Positions 18,986 through 29,625 are shown, counted from the stretch's first letter. The stretch is 64,000 bases of DNA from an uncultured Bacilli bacterium (GCA_944331715.1 CALVIP010000001.1:11067-75066), one strand, 5' to 3'. Program-made: numbers and translations. Notes: a model not told the origin generated them from the sequence alone.

Positions 18986-19567
18986 CTACTTCATATATTT
19001 ATTTCCACTATTCCAAGCTTCCCCTACTTTTTCTCCTATTGCATAATATCCATTTTGAAATTGATCAAAGACAAAAGCATTTAACTTAGTAGGATCAACT
19101 TTACCATTAGAATCAAGTACTTCTTCATCTGCTAAAACATTAACTATTTCACCAACTACTCTAAATCCTTCATCATCATTATATATCTTAGATACTTTAC
19201 ATTCTAAGGTAATTGGATACTCTTCAATAATTGGAGCATCTACTCTTTCACTTTTAACCGCGTGCATACCAGTTTTCTCAAATTTATCTTTAACTCTATT
19301 AGCACTTGCAGTACCAAAGTAGTCTGACTCTTCTAAATGAGGAATATCTGCAACACTAATAGTAAAAGCTCCTCTTTCTTTAATATTTTTAGAAGTCTTA
19401 TGACTCTCTGTAATATTTAAAGCAACTTTATTATTACCACAAATACCTCCCCAAGCCATATTCATAACATCAACACTACCATCTTCACAGTATGTTGCAA
19501 TCATTAAAACAGGCATTGGGAACAAATAAGGTTTAACACCTAAATCTTTTTTAGCCATTTTTTTCAT
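18986..19567 (-). CDS. flavin reductase family protein (FMN-binding split barrel)
   Basis: 193 aa. PMPVLMIATYCEDGSVDVMNMAWGG pattern. Confidence 0.75.
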   Translation of the reverse strand: MKKMAKKDLGVKPYLFPMPVLMIATYCEDGSVDVMNMAWGGICGNNKVALNITESHKTSKNIKERGAFTISVADIPHLEESDYFGTASANRVKDKFEKTGMHAVKSERVDAPIIEEYPITLECKVSKIYNDDEGFRVVGEIVNVLADEEVLDSNGKVDPTKLNAFVFDQFQNGYYAIGEKVGEAWNSGNKYMK

Positions 19568-19609
19568 CTCCTAATATTATTATAAAACTAACTACTTTTA
19601 AATTCAATA

Positions 19610-21232
19610 TTACACTAATTCTGTATTTAAGTAATAATAGTAATGAAGTAATTCTCTTTTATATTCTACAATTTTACCTTCTGGTAAGACTAACATTCTA
19701 GTTACACCAATCTGTTCTACAAAAGAAGGATTATGACTTACCATTATTAAAGTACCAGTATAATTCTTAAAGTTCTCTCCAATAATTTTTTGTGTTTCTG
19801 GATCAAAGTGATTAGTAGGTTCATCTAGTATAATTATGTTAGTTCTTTGAATCAGTATTTTACACAATGCTACTCTTGCTTTCTCCCCAGGAGATAATAC
19901 TTTTACTTTCTTAAAGACATCATTATTAGAAAATAGAAAGTTTCCTAAAAAAGTTCTAAGTTCATTATCATTATAATTAGGATTATCTACATTTTCTAGG
20001 ATAGTCTTATCTTCATCTAATATTTCTAACTCTTGAGCATAGTAAGCGATAGATGCTTTATAACCATAAACTATTTCTCCTTTAATAGGTTTTAATTTAT
20101 TCATAATTAACTTTAATAAAGTTGATTTACCTACTCCATTTTCTCCAACTATTAAAAACTTCTCTCCTCTTGCCATTTCAAAAGATAAATTACGATATAA
20201 ATCACTCTTACCGGGATAATGGAAGGTTAAATGTTTTACTTCTAATGGTATTCTACCGCTAACCTCTTTAGGTTCTACTTTCATAGTAACAGTCTTATAT
20301 TTTTCTTCTCTTACCTCTAACTCATCTAATTTTTTCTCTAACATTTTCTTTCTTGATTCACCTAATCTCTTTAAGTTATGATTAGTACGAGAGGCAGACT
20401 CCGCTCTTTTAACAACTTCTTCTAATTTCTTTATTTCCCGTTCTTGTTCTTTTATTCTCAACTCTTTTTGCATCATTTCATCAGCATAAAGTCTTTTAAA
20501 TTCTTTATAATTACCTTTATATACTTTTATTTTATGAGTAACTTTATTAATAAACATTGTCTTTGTTACTACCTCATTTAAGAAATCAATATCGTGACTA
20601 ATTACTAAAACCATACCGTGATAATTCTTCAGATAATCCACTACAAAGTCTTTAGTCTTAGCATCTAAATGGTTTGTAGGTTCATCTAAAAGTAAAATAT
20701 CAGAGTTTGAAAAAAGAAGTCTTGCAAATGCAATTTTAGATTTTTGTCCTCCTGATAAATCTCCTACTTTCATCTCCAATAGTTCACTATCTATTTGCAT
20801 ATTTTCAATCAAAGATAATAGTTCATCTTCTGCGGTATATTGATTAAGACTATCAAGTTCACTTTGAATCTTCTCTGCTTGTCTTAAAAGTTTATTTTGT
20901 TCTAACTCACTTGCACTACTTAATTTTTCATAAATAACATTTAATTCTTGTTCTAACGCCTCAATTGGTCTTCCACTGTATAAATAATCTAAGACATTTT
21001 TCTCTTTATCAGTAAAATTAATCTCTTGAGGAAGATAACCTATCTTTTTATTATTTACAGTTACTTTACCAGCATCTAACGTTTCTTCTTTCAAGATAAT
21101 CTTAAATAGAGTTGTCTTACCTGCTCCATTTACACCAACTACTCCTACTTTATCATTATCTTCAATTAAAAAGGAAGCATCATCATAGATGACTTCGCTA
21201 CCAAATGCTAGATACATATTTTGTCCTTTCAT
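19610..21232 (-). CDS. ABC-F family ATPase (two NBDs, no TM)
   Basis: 540 aa. GVNGAGKTT and GENGVGKST Walker A motifs, separated by a charged coiled linker. Confidence 0.85.
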   Translation of the reverse strand: MKGQNMYLAFGSEVIYDDASFLIEDNDKVGVVGVNGAGKTTLFKIILKEETLDAGKVTVNNKKIGYLPQEINFTDKEKNVLDYLYSGRPIEALEQELNVIYEKLSSASELEQNKLLRQAEKIQSELDSLNQYTAEDELLSLIENMQIDSELLEMKVGDLSGGQKSKIAFARLLFSNSDILLLDEPTNHLDAKTKDFVVDYLKNYHGMVLVISHDIDFLNEVVTKTMFINKVTHKIKVYKGNYKEFKRLYADEMMQKELRIKEQEREIKKLEEVVKRAESASRTNHNLKRLGESRKKMLEKKLDELEVREEKYKTVTMKVEPKEVSGRIPLEVKHLTFHYPGKSDLYRNLSFEMARGEKFLIVGENGVGKSTLLKLIMNKLKPIKGEIVYGYKASIAYYAQELEILDEDKTILENVDNPNYNDNELRTFLGNFLFSNNDVFKKVKVLSPGEKARVALCKILIQRTNIIILDEPTNHFDPETQKIIGENFKNYTGTLIMVSHNPSFVEQIGVTRMLVLPEGKIVEYKRELLHYYYYLNTELV

Positions 21233-21259
21233 AGACTCACCTTCTTAATTTGTTTAAAT

Positions 21260-22096
21260 TTAAATATATTTAATACTAGTTGTAATAGTTAAATTAGGTT
21301 CTTTTTTAACAAGTGTTTTTTGAAGGTTACTATAAGATTCAAATCCAAACTTAGCTCTACTTCTTACTTCTTCAAAGCTTTCATTAGTTAACCCATAATC
21401 TTCTAATAATAAATTATATATTTCATTTGTTATCTCAATTTCTCTTTTATCTTCATTAGTTAATTCTTTTTTACTATCTAATTCTGTAAATAATCGTTCA
21501 TATTCAGCTATTTCAAGTGAATGTTCACGGCTCCATTGTTGAGATGGACCACCTATTTTTTTACGAGGAGATGGATAAGGATTATGTGCGTCATATAGCA
21601 TTTCTAACTTATTCATTACTCTATTTAATTCTTTTTCTCTTAATTCTTTACTTTCTAATGTTTGATACAAATTAACAGTTCCAATTCTCATCGTTTTGTA
21701 TTCATCGGGTATTTTATCATTCAAACTACGATTTTCACTATAATTAAAATGAAACAATCTTACATTTTTATCATTTATTGATGTAGAAATATCTAAACTT
21801 TCAAAACCATTTTCATTACTAGAAATACTAAGTTGCATATCTTGCATTTTAAATAGATTTAAAGCTCTATTATAAATATTATATATTGCTACTTTCTTAT
21901 ATACCTCTAATTCAGATAAAACATCTCTATCTTCATCTTTAATATAATCTCTTATAACAGAAAACTCTAATTCTATTAAAGAATTTAAATACTCTTGCAT
22001 GGGATTAGATAATATTCCTCTATATTCCTTTAATAATTCTAATAGCTCTTCCCTTGTATTAACTCTATTCCAATTATTACTTCTTACAATTCTCAT
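21260..22096 (-). CDS. hypothetical protein
   Basis: ORF 21260..22141. SD GGAGG precedes the internal ATG at 22096 (MRIVRSNNW...). No motif recognised. Confidence 0.5.
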   Translation of the reverse strand: MRIVRSNNWNRVNTREELLELLKEYRGILSNPMQEYLNSLIELEFSVIRDYIKDEDRDVLSELEVYKKVAIYNIYNRALNLFKMQDMQLSISSNENGFESLDISTSINDKNVRLFHFNYSENRSLNDKIPDEYKTMRIGTVNLYQTLESKELREKELNRVMNKLEMLYDAHNPYPSPRKKIGGPSQQWSREHSLEIAEYERLFTELDSKKELTNEDKREIEITNEIYNLLLEDYGLTNESFEEVRSRAKFGFESYSNLQKTLVKKEPNLTITTSIKYI

Positions 22097-22239
22097 ATAA
22101 AATAAACCTCCCAAATAATTTCTTAATATATATTCTAACATATAAATAAGTTAAAAAAGTTAAAATATTTAGAAAATTAAAAAAAGTTAGCATTTCCACA
22201 CTAACTATTTACTTATCACAACATTAACATTTCCTTTTC

Positions 22240-22548
22240 CTAAATTTTTTTTAAGTTATCTACATTATCTATCTTACCAAGTCTTGTATAACTATAAGGA
22301 GTATCAAAATCTTCATAAAAGATAACTAGACAGTCACTTTCATATAACATAATATCTCCAGTACTTATTTTACCAGGTTTATAACTATTAGTAGGAAGAC
22401 TTTCATCAAAATAATAATACTTTTCATTACCATTTAATTCACTCATACTAACTTCTAATGGAAGTTTTTTTAAAAGCTCTCTTGTTGTTTCATTGTCTTC
22501 TAATGTCGCTGTAAAACTATTTCCATTTATTGTTAAATATATCTTCAT
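22240..22548 (-). CDS. cyclophilin-like fold protein
   Basis: 102 aa. MKIYLTINGNSFTATLEDNETTRELLKKLPL...GDIMLYESDCLVIFY pattern of the small cyclophilin-like family. Confidence 0.55.
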   Translation of the reverse strand: MKIYLTINGNSFTATLEDNETTRELLKKLPLEVSMSELNGNEKYYYFDESLPTNSYKPGKISTGDIMLYESDCLVIFYEDFDTPYSYTRLGKIDNVDNLKKI

Positions 22549-22596
22549 ACTTAAATCATCTTATCTCTACCTTAATTTTAATATTTATTTAGTATT

Positions 22597-23817
22597 TTAT
22601 TTATTCTTTAGTCCTCTCTTTTTAACCCCAACATATAAAAATAATATAAAATAAGTAATTACTGCTAATAAAAATGTTAATTTTATAGAGTTTATACTTT
22701 CTTTAAAGATTAGATATGAGATTACAGGTAATGTTGCAGTAACAAGTCCTTCTATAAATCGTTCAAAAGTAACATAAGAAGTCTTGTAATTTTCTTTTGA
22801 ATATTCATATATCGCTATATGATCAAACAGTTCATATGCACTATTACCAAAGCCAAGTAAAATATAAATAATTGGTAACAAAATTATTAGTAGTTTATCA
22901 TTTAACATAAATAATAATATAAAGGCAATAATATATATTATGCTCATCGGTAATAATACTTTGCTCCATCTTCTATCTATAGTTTTTTTTGCCCAAAATT
23001 TACTAAATAATGCATCTGAAAAGTTAATTAAAATATTTAAAAAACTATAAAATATATAATCAATTTCTAAATATCTTAATAAAAATACATTTAAATACAT
23101 TATCCCAATACCGTAAGCAAATCTATTTAAACCACCTATAATAAGAACCTTACGAAAATCTTTATCACTCACTGGTTTTAAAACAGTCTCTTTAATTGAT
23201 ACTTTTTTCTCTTTAATTATAGGTTTGTATGTATGTATTCTAATGTAGATATCTATAAAGGCAATTAAAAATATAACAACAAATAATATAATAAACCCAT
23301 ATAATTCATTACCTTTTGCAGTAAAACTATCAAGTATAACTCCCATAGCTAAACTAAATATCATTACTAAGGTGTTTTTAAAAATATTTCTTGTTGAAGC
23401 GAATCTAGCCCTATCTTCTTTTTTAACTAAAGTCATCCGCCAATTAACAAAAGTAATATAACCAAGCTCTCCTGTTATAGCATATATTGATGCAAATATA
23501 AAAAATAAAAAAGTTCTTAAACCAATATCATCAGTTATAAATGGTATAAAGGAAAAACAGACCGATGATAATCTATAAATAGTATAATTTGTTAATACTA
23601 CCAACTTTGACTGCCCTATTCGTGAAAATATTGGAGCAGCAAACACTTGAATAATATTAGTTATTGTATCTAAAACTGCATAAATACCAATTGCAAAACT
23701 TGATAATCCTAAATAAACTGCAAATGCTGTAATAAATGAACTACTTGCTATTTTATTATTAGCGGTATCTAATACTGAAGAAATTAAATATTTATTATAT
23801 TCTTTTTTATAGTTCAT
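22597..23817 (-). CDS. MFS-type transporter
   Basis: 406 aa, about 12 hydrophobic segments. Confidence 0.7.
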   Translation of the reverse strand: MNYKKEYNKYLISSVLDTANNKIASSSFITAFAVYLGLSSFAIGIYAVLDTITNIIQVFAAPIFSRIGQSKLVVLTNYTIYRLSSVCFSFIPFITDDIGLRTFLFFIFASIYAITGELGYITFVNWRMTLVKKEDRARFASTRNIFKNTLVMIFSLAMGVILDSFTAKGNELYGFIILFVVIFLIAFIDIYIRIHTYKPIIKEKKVSIKETVLKPVSDKDFRKVLIIGGLNRFAYGIGIMYLNVFLLRYLEIDYIFYSFLNILINFSDALFSKFWAKKTIDRRWSKVLLPMSIIYIIAFILLFMLNDKLLIILLPIIYILLGFGNSAYELFDHIAIYEYSKENYKTSYVTFERFIEGLVTATLPVISYLIFKESINSIKLTFLLAVITYFILFLYVGVKKRGLKNK

Positions 23818-24129
23818 TTTATACCTCCATTATTAACTTTAATTTATATATATAATACTATAACTAAAGTTAATATTGCAATAAACCATAATATAATTAA
23901 ATATTCATAAATTAATCTTCTTCTATTATCATCGCTCTAACCATACTAGGTCTATTATGATATCTTTTACCAGTATCTAATACTATTTTCTTAATTTTAT
24001 ATTTCTATCATATTCAATAATAAATTCTTTAATCTCTTTTCTCACTTTTATATACCTTTCCAAAATCATCTTATCATATAGTCAAAAACTTCTAAAAAAT
24101 ATAAGTAATTAATAAAATTAAACTACTTA

Positions 24130-24867
24130 TTAATTCTCCTCTAAAAAATATCTAGCCATTCTTTCATAATTATCTTGACTATTTAAACAAGTATCTATTA
24201 AATAGCCTTTTTCATTATGAAGTTGATATTCTTTAATCCCTCTAATATAAAAATCTTTATTTCTATCTTCAATATAAAATGGCATTATATCATTATATAA
24301 ACATTCTCTAAACATAATCATTCTGCCAACTCTACCATTACCATCTTGAAAAGGATGAATATGCTCAAACTTAACATGAAATTCTATTATATCTTCTAGT
24401 TTTTTATTTTCTATACTATTATACCAATCTAACAAATCCTTCATATCTTTACTAACATCTTTTGGTAAACTTGTTGTAATATTACCAACAAAATTCTTTT
24501 TCTTTTTATATTCACCTACATTAAACCATTCTTTTTCACTATCAGTTAAAGTTCCATCTTTCAAAATAAAATGATATTTCTTAATCATATCTTCATCAAG
24601 AGGATTATCTAATGTATCTAACATATATTTAAATAACGTAAAATGATTTTTAGTTTCTGTAGCATCTTTTAAAACAATTACTTTATCATTACTCGCTAAA
24701 ATCGTTCCAGTATCAAAAATACTTGCAGTCTCATCAGGAGTTATAGTAGAACCTTCCATATGATTAGTGTTATATGCAAAATCAATTTGTGTTTTATGAT
24801 ATAAATTACCTTTCAAATTTATTTTTCTCTGTTCTATTAAAGCTTTTTTAACATCACTTGCTTGCAT
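24130..24867 (-). CDS. Fic family protein (AMPylase-type) with an N-terminal inhibitory TxxxEG helix
   Basis: HIHPFQDGNGRVGR Fic motif and TNHMEG inhibitory motif. SD AGGAGG precedes the ATG at 24867. Confidence 0.85.
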   Translation of the reverse strand: MQASDVKKALIEQRKINLKGNLYHKTQIDFAYNTNHMEGSTITPDETASIFDTGTILASNDKVIVLKDATETKNHFTLFKYMLDTLDNPLDEDMIKKYHFILKDGTLTDSEKEWFNVGEYKKKKNFVGNITTSLPKDVSKDMKDLLDWYNSIENKKLEDIIEFHVKFEHIHPFQDGNGRVGRMIMFRECLYNDIMPFYIEDRNKDFYIRGIKEYQLHNEKGYLIDTCLNSQDNYERMARYFLEEN

Positions 24868-24942
24868 AAATAAACCTCCTAAACTCATTATTTATAATTA
24901 TATTTTATCAAATTATTGAAGAAAAGTCTTTAGTCAAGGCGA

Positions 24943-25356
24943 TTAAATTCGTCTTTTAACATTCATTTTATTTATATCTTCTGTTAACTTTTCATATCTT
25001 ACATCATAAGCATAACTTTGTGGAGGATTAAAACCATATTTTTCTTTTAATTCTTTTAAGGATATATACCCTTCTAACTCATATAAACACTTTATCCCAT
25101 AAGCATATTTAGAACTCTTTAAACCATTATTGAAGTCATCATTACCATAACCTTCTTTAATTATCTTATTAGGATATTTAACTATCTCCCCTAACTCTAT
25201 TATATATTTAAGTTCACAAGTTGGAGATGATTTATAAACATATAAAACATCAATATGTTCTTTAGGATAATAATTTCTAAATTCATAATTTTTCTTTCCT
25301 GTAACTATTCTATTTAAATGTACAGGCTTAATGCTAATATAAATTCCCTTTTTCAA
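24943..25356 (-). CDS. ASCH (PUA-like fold) domain protein
   Basis: ISIKPVHLNRIVTGKKNYEFRNY... pattern. SD GGAG lies 6 nt before TTG 25356, directly after the NUDIX stop. Confidence 0.55.
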   Translation of the reverse strand: MKKGIYISIKPVHLNRIVTGKKNYEFRNYYPKEHIDVLYVYKSSPTCELKYIIELGEIVKYPNKIIKEGYGNDDFNNGLKSSKYAYGIKCLYELEGYISLKELKEKYGFNPPQSYAYDVRYEKLTEDINKMNVKRRI

Positions 25357-25357
25357 T

Positions 25358-25906
25358 CTATTCTCCAAACTCCTTATCAAACATATCAAATAAAATATTG
25401 AATTCCTCAGTATGCATCAATAAATCAGGTTGTTTGTTATTAACCATTTTCCTAAATTCATTATAAGGTACAAAAAATATTTCTGATATTTCTTCTTCTT
25501 GAAATTTCATATCACTAATTTTTTTGTTTGTTCTTAATATATATAAATCATCAAATTCATTATTTATAAAAGTAGAAGTATATTTAGAACTTCTTTTTAA
25601 AGTTTTAATAAATTGTAAATCTTCTCTATTAATATCTAAGTTCAATTCTTCTTTTAATTCTCTAATTGCTCCAGTTAAAGATTCATCACCATCAGTTAAA
25701 TGTCCAGCACAAGATATATCTAGCATATTAGGATTACTATCTTTTGTGGCACATCTTCTCTGTAATAAAATATCACCATTTTCATTAATAATCCAAATAT
25801 GAACAGCTTTATGCCAATCACCATCCCTATGAACTTCACTTCTTAATTTTGTTTTACCTGTTTTATTTCCATTTTCATCTAAAATATCAAAATATTCCTT
25901 TGTCAT
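25358..25906 (-). CDS. NUDIX hydrolase
   Basis: Nudix box GHLTDGDESLTGAIRELKEELNL. Confidence 0.85.
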   Translation of the reverse strand: MTKEYFDILDENGNKTGKTKLRSEVHRDGDWHKAVHIWIINENGDILLQRRCATKDSNPNMLDISCAGHLTDGDESLTGAIRELKEELNLDINREDLQFIKTLKRSSKYTSTFINNEFDDLYILRTNKKISDMKFQEEEISEIFFVPYNEFRKMVNNKQPDLLMHTEEFNILFDMFDKEFGE

Positions 25907-25980
25907 TTTACTTTTCTCCTTTACTATTTACAAATTTTCTATAATCATTATGTACTTCAAACAACAGTAACTTACATCTA

Positions 25981-26973
25981 TTATATCATACCCTTATTTA
26001 ATTCTTCACTTAATTTACTAGTAATACCTCTTGGACTTCTAACAGATTTAACACCACAGCTTTTTAATCTTTCAAAAGTAAACTCATTATCACTATATCT
26101 TTTTAATAGTTTTAGCATCATAAAATCTTCATCTAAAGAAATAACAACACACTTAAACATAATATAAGCATAAGGCTCTGTAATATAGATATAAACAATA
26201 TCATTAATCATAAAGTTATGAGACTTTCGCCAAGTAATAGTATCTGTATTATTAAAAGCATTAACAATATCATAATACTTGGGATTAGTAGGAATAATCC
26301 ATTCTTTTTTTCGATTAGATAAATCAAAACTAATATCTATAAGATTCATAATTTCTTTATTAGATAAAGTATTATCTAAAATAATACTAACCCAACTCTT
26401 TTTACTCATATGATATGCAGGATATATTTCTTCCTTCTTTAGATAATAATCAACTAAATCATCTAACTTTACATTTAATACTTCAACTTCTCCACTCTCA
26501 TTAGGATTAAGTTTACTTCTATCTATATTCATAATAACCCCAAACCACTTATTACTACTTTTATTTCTAAAGATGCCATAATTAGGATTAGATTCCCATA
26601 AGAATTCTGGTATAACGTTATATTTTTCTTTAATTAAATTACTAAGTTCATTAGACTGTTTATAAATGAAATATTCTTTAGTATAACAATTATTTGCAAT
26701 AGATTCTATTACTTTAAGATACTCATCTTTTACTCTATTAACAAAATCTCCTTTAACATTTTCAAGACGAAAGTTAGTATATTCATAATCTCCATCTAAG
26801 TCATATACCCTACCTATAACATTACCTTTACTATCAATAGTAATATCAACTCTAAAAGTATCATCCATAATTAATTTAGAATATTTATAAATATTGTTTT
26901 CTAATGTAAAACCATAAGGAATTAATTTATCTTTATTTAGTTTTCTCTTTTTAAGTACTTCATCCTCTAACAT
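25981..26973 (-). CDS. MmcQ/YjbR-like DNA-binding domain fused to a C-terminal PUA-like (EVE/ASCH-type) domain
   Basis: WFGVIMNIDRSKL...PAYHMSKKSWVSIILD (YjbR-like). C-terminal WIIPTNPKYYDIVNAF...WRKSHNFMINDIVYIYITEP (EVE-like). SD AGGAAGGA precedes the ATG at 26973. Confidence 0.5.
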   Translation of the reverse strand: MLEDEVLKKRKLNKDKLIPYGFTLENNIYKYSKLIMDDTFRVDITIDSKGNVIGRVYDLDGDYEYTNFRLENVKGDFVNRVKDEYLKVIESIANNCYTKEYFIYKQSNELSNLIKEKYNVIPEFLWESNPNYGIFRNKSSNKWFGVIMNIDRSKLNPNESGEVEVLNVKLDDLVDYYLKKEEIYPAYHMSKKSWVSIILDNTLSNKEIMNLIDISFDLSNRKKEWIIPTNPKYYDIVNAFNNTDTITWRKSHNFMINDIVYIYITEPYAYIMFKCVVISLDEDFMMLKLLKRYSDNEFTFERLKSCGVKSVRSPRGITSKLSEELNKGMI

Positions 26974-27022
26974 AGTAGTCCTTCCTAATAAATTCATTAT
27001 ATATTAAAATAATTTTACAAGT

Positions 27023-27319
27023 CTATTTATCTTGAAAAACAAATTGTTCAACTCTCATATGAAGATTATATTTATCTCTAAGATTAGCAATTTCACTCAT
27101 CATTTCTGTTTTATGATGTTTATCTAAGGCTTCTTCATTTTCCCATCTATCTATTAATAAAACTGTTTCTTTATCATCCATAGGAAAGAAATATTCATAC
27201 TTTAAATTACCTTCTTCATTTCTTATTTTTTCTACAAGACCACTTTCTACCATTTCTTTAGCAAAAGCTCTTGCACTACCATTTTTACCTGTATAATATA
27301 TATTTATTGTTAAACTCAT
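27023..27319 (-). CDS. antibiotic-biosynthesis-monooxygenase (ABM) domain protein
   Basis: 98 aa. ...LLIDRWENEEALDKHHKTEMM... pattern. Confidence 0.65.
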   Translation of the reverse strand: MSLTINIYYTGKNGSARAFAKEMVESGLVEKIRNEEGNLKYEYFFPMDDKETVLLIDRWENEEALDKHHKTEMMSEIANLRDKYNLHMRVEQFVFQDK

Positions 27320-27975
27320 TATTGTTCCTCCTTTAGTTCATCAATATCTATAGTTAATATATTATCTTTATCACCATCTAATATACAAACCAATTTATTA
27401 TCTTTCCAACATTTAAAATCAATATCACAACCTAATTCATAATACTTTGAAGGTAGATTAAGCCAATTACTAGAATCTACTATTTCCATAGGTTTAGTAA
27501 AATCTAAAACAATTAATGAATATGGACTTGCAAAGTAACACCCACTAACTACTAATAAACTATTTTTTGGATTATAATTGACATCACACCAAATAAAAGT
27601 TTCTTTATTATCTAAGCGAGATTTACTTGGTATATAGTTAATACACTTTAATGTCTTTAAATTTAAAACACTATAACCATATAAGTCTATAGAAAATAAT
27701 AAATATTTATTACCATCAGAATGCTTTATAATAGTAGCATATCTTGATTTATCATAAATATTTTTCCATTCATAAATCATTTTTTTATCTTTATATAATC
27801 TACATACTTCTCCATCTTTACTACTATCTATATCTTTATAGTAATAATATTTTATAGAATAATTATCATCTAACTCTATTTCATTTGTTGGCCTTAATAA
27901 ATCACATTTAGAATAAACTAATTTATCTAGCTCTTTAATTAACTGATTATATTCTTCACTACCATAATAATTCAT
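27319..27975 (-). CDS. hypothetical protein (218 aa)
   Basis: SD AGAGGT precedes the ATG at 27975, one nt after the stop of the upstream hydrolase gene. Confidence 0.5.
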   Translation of the reverse strand: MNYYGSEEYNQLIKELDKLVYSKCDLLRPTNEIELDDNYSIKYYYYKDIDSSKDGEVCRLYKDKKMIYEWKNIYDKSRYATIIKHSDGNKYLLFSIDLYGYSVLNLKTLKCINYIPSKSRLDNKETFIWCDVNYNPKNSLLVVSGCYFASPYSLIVLDFTKPMEIVDSSNWLNLPSKYYELGCDIDFKCWKDNKLVCILDGDKDNILTIDIDELKEEQ

Positions 27976-27976
27976 A

Positions 27977-28609
27977 TTAATTACCTCTATCTTTCCAAAA
28001 ATCATAAATAGTATTAGCAAGTTCTTTAGGATTATCTACATTAACTTCATGAGAAGAATTATCTATAGTTTTAAAAGAGCTATTGTTAATAGATTTATTT
28101 AATAATTTTGCACTTTCCATATTTTGACTATCTTTAACACCACATAATATTAAAGTTTTACAAGTTACTTTATCTAAGTTAATTTCTATATCTAAATTAC
28201 TCATAGAATTAACAAGAGAAATAAAATCTTTCTTCTCACACCCTATCTTCTCAAAAGTAGATCTAGGCATAATTTTGAATATTAGTCCTTGAACTTTAAA
28301 AAGAAACTTAGGTACTTTATAAGGTGTTCCAATTAATATAAGAGAATTTACTTTATCAGGATGCTCTTTTACATAATCAATTGCAAGTATTCCTCCAAGA
28401 GAAAGGCCACATAGATTTAATTTTTCATCAAAATTATTACAGTAATTAGAAAACTTTTCATATAAAGTAGCATAATCTGATGTAACATCTTTTAACATTG
28501 AATATAAACTAGGAATTTCTACCTTTATACTATTGCTCTTTAACTCTTCTTCTACTTTATTCCAACTTGTTTCATTTTGTCCTAATCCGTGCACCAAAAT
28601 ATTTTTCAT
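27977..28609 (-). CDS. alpha/beta hydrolase
   Basis: 210 aa. HGLGQ oxyanion region and nucleophile elbow GLSLGG. Confidence 0.8.
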   Translation of the reverse strand: MKNILVHGLGQNETSWNKVEEELKSNSIKVEIPSLYSMLKDVTSDYATLYEKFSNYCNNFDEKLNLCGLSLGGILAIDYVKEHPDKVNSLILIGTPYKVPKFLFKVQGLIFKIMPRSTFEKIGCEKKDFISLVNSMSNLDIEINLDKVTCKTLILCGVKDSQNMESAKLLNKSINNSSFKTIDNSSHEVNVDNPKELANTIYDFWKDRGN

Positions 28610-28654
28610 TACAGCACCACTTTCTTCACTTTTCTCTATATAAAAACTATTACA

Positions 28655-28960
28655 TTATTTCATCAAATCTGTATAATAAATAATCTCCTTATTTAAAGAT
28701 TTAGCATACTCTATTTCACTTTTAGTGCTATTACCAATATAACCATCCACATTAACAACAAGTATAGCATCTGATAATTTAATTTTTTCTTTGTGCATTT
28801 TATCAATCATTAAAGCTTCTTCTTGACTATAATCATCTTAATTAAATCTTGATAATTCATTAGGCATCAAGACACAATTACCTTCTAAAGTTAATTTTTC
28901 TACAATATCAACCATCTCTTTTTTGAATTTATAACTACCACATACTGTTATTACTTTCAT
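28655..28960 (-). pseudogene. small Rossmann-like (nucleoside deoxyribosyltransferase-like/DUF4406-type) gene with an in-frame TAA
   Basis: Own translation from ATG 28960: MKVITVCGSYKFKKEMVDIVEKLTLEGNCVLMPNELSRFN, TAA (28840-28838), then DDYSQEEALMIDKMHKEKIKLSDAILVVNVDGYIGNSTKSEIEYAKSLNKEIIYYTDLMK and a stop. Not in the ORF track because both halves are short. Confidence 0.55.
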
Positions 28961-28962
28961 AC

Positions 28963-29526
28963 TTATTTACAACTACCTCCATTATCTTCAAAATATTTTT
29001 CTATATTTTCTACACTATGCTCTATATTAGCATAATCTGTAATATCTTTTAAATATATCATCATATCTTTATTACACTCCATACATTCAAAATAATTATC
29101 TTCTCCAATTGTAATCAAATAATTATTATCTCCAATAGAACAATTTAAATCAGCAGATATTATCTCTGTCGTTGTCTTTTGCTCATTAGGAAAAGCAGTA
29201 AATAAAATTAATGCAATGACAAAAAGTATTACATATATTATTGATAAGATTCCTATTACTTTTAAAATTTTAATTATAATACCTGCTAACTTTTCTGTAT
29301 TACTAACTTTAGCTTCTAAAACATTTTTAATATCATTATCAGTTAATTCATCTAGACTAACATTAAATACTTTAGATAATTCTTTCGCTTGTTTAATATC
29401 AGGAGCTGTCTCACCTAACTCCCATTTAGATATTGTTTGCCTACTAACTCCTATTTTTTCTGCTAATGCTTCTTGAGAAAGATTATTTTTCTTTCTTAAC
29501 TCTAATATTTTATTTCCTATTTCCAT
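28963..29526 (-). CDS. XRE-family HTH protein with a central TM segment
   Basis: LSQEALAEKIGVSRQTISKWELGE, then the hydrophobic stretch IIIKILKVIGILSIIYVILFVIALILF. Confidence 0.8.
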   Translation of the reverse strand: MEIGNKILELRKKNNLSQEALAEKIGVSRQTISKWELGETAPDIKQAKELSKVFNVSLDELTDNDIKNVLEAKVSNTEKLAGIIIKILKVIGILSIIYVILFVIALILFTAFPNEQKTTTEIISADLNCSIGDNNYLITIGEDNYFECMECNKDMMIYLKDITDYANIEHSVENIEKYFEDNGGSCK

Positions 29527-29625
29527 TTTTTCACCTCAGTTAAAAGTATATAATCTTAAGACTTTTTAATCTAGCAATATCTGATGGAAATTATGCTAAT
29601 TTTCTTAACATTATAATAACTAATA

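Noticed and set aside
23912-24069. Possible frameshifted small gene (MILERYIKVRKEIKEFIIEYDRNIKLRK / KIVLDTGKRYHNRPSMVRAMIIEED) in the 312-bp gap between the MFS and Fic genes.
   Set aside because: It has no SD, no recognisable family, and needs a frameshift to make a ~55-aa product.
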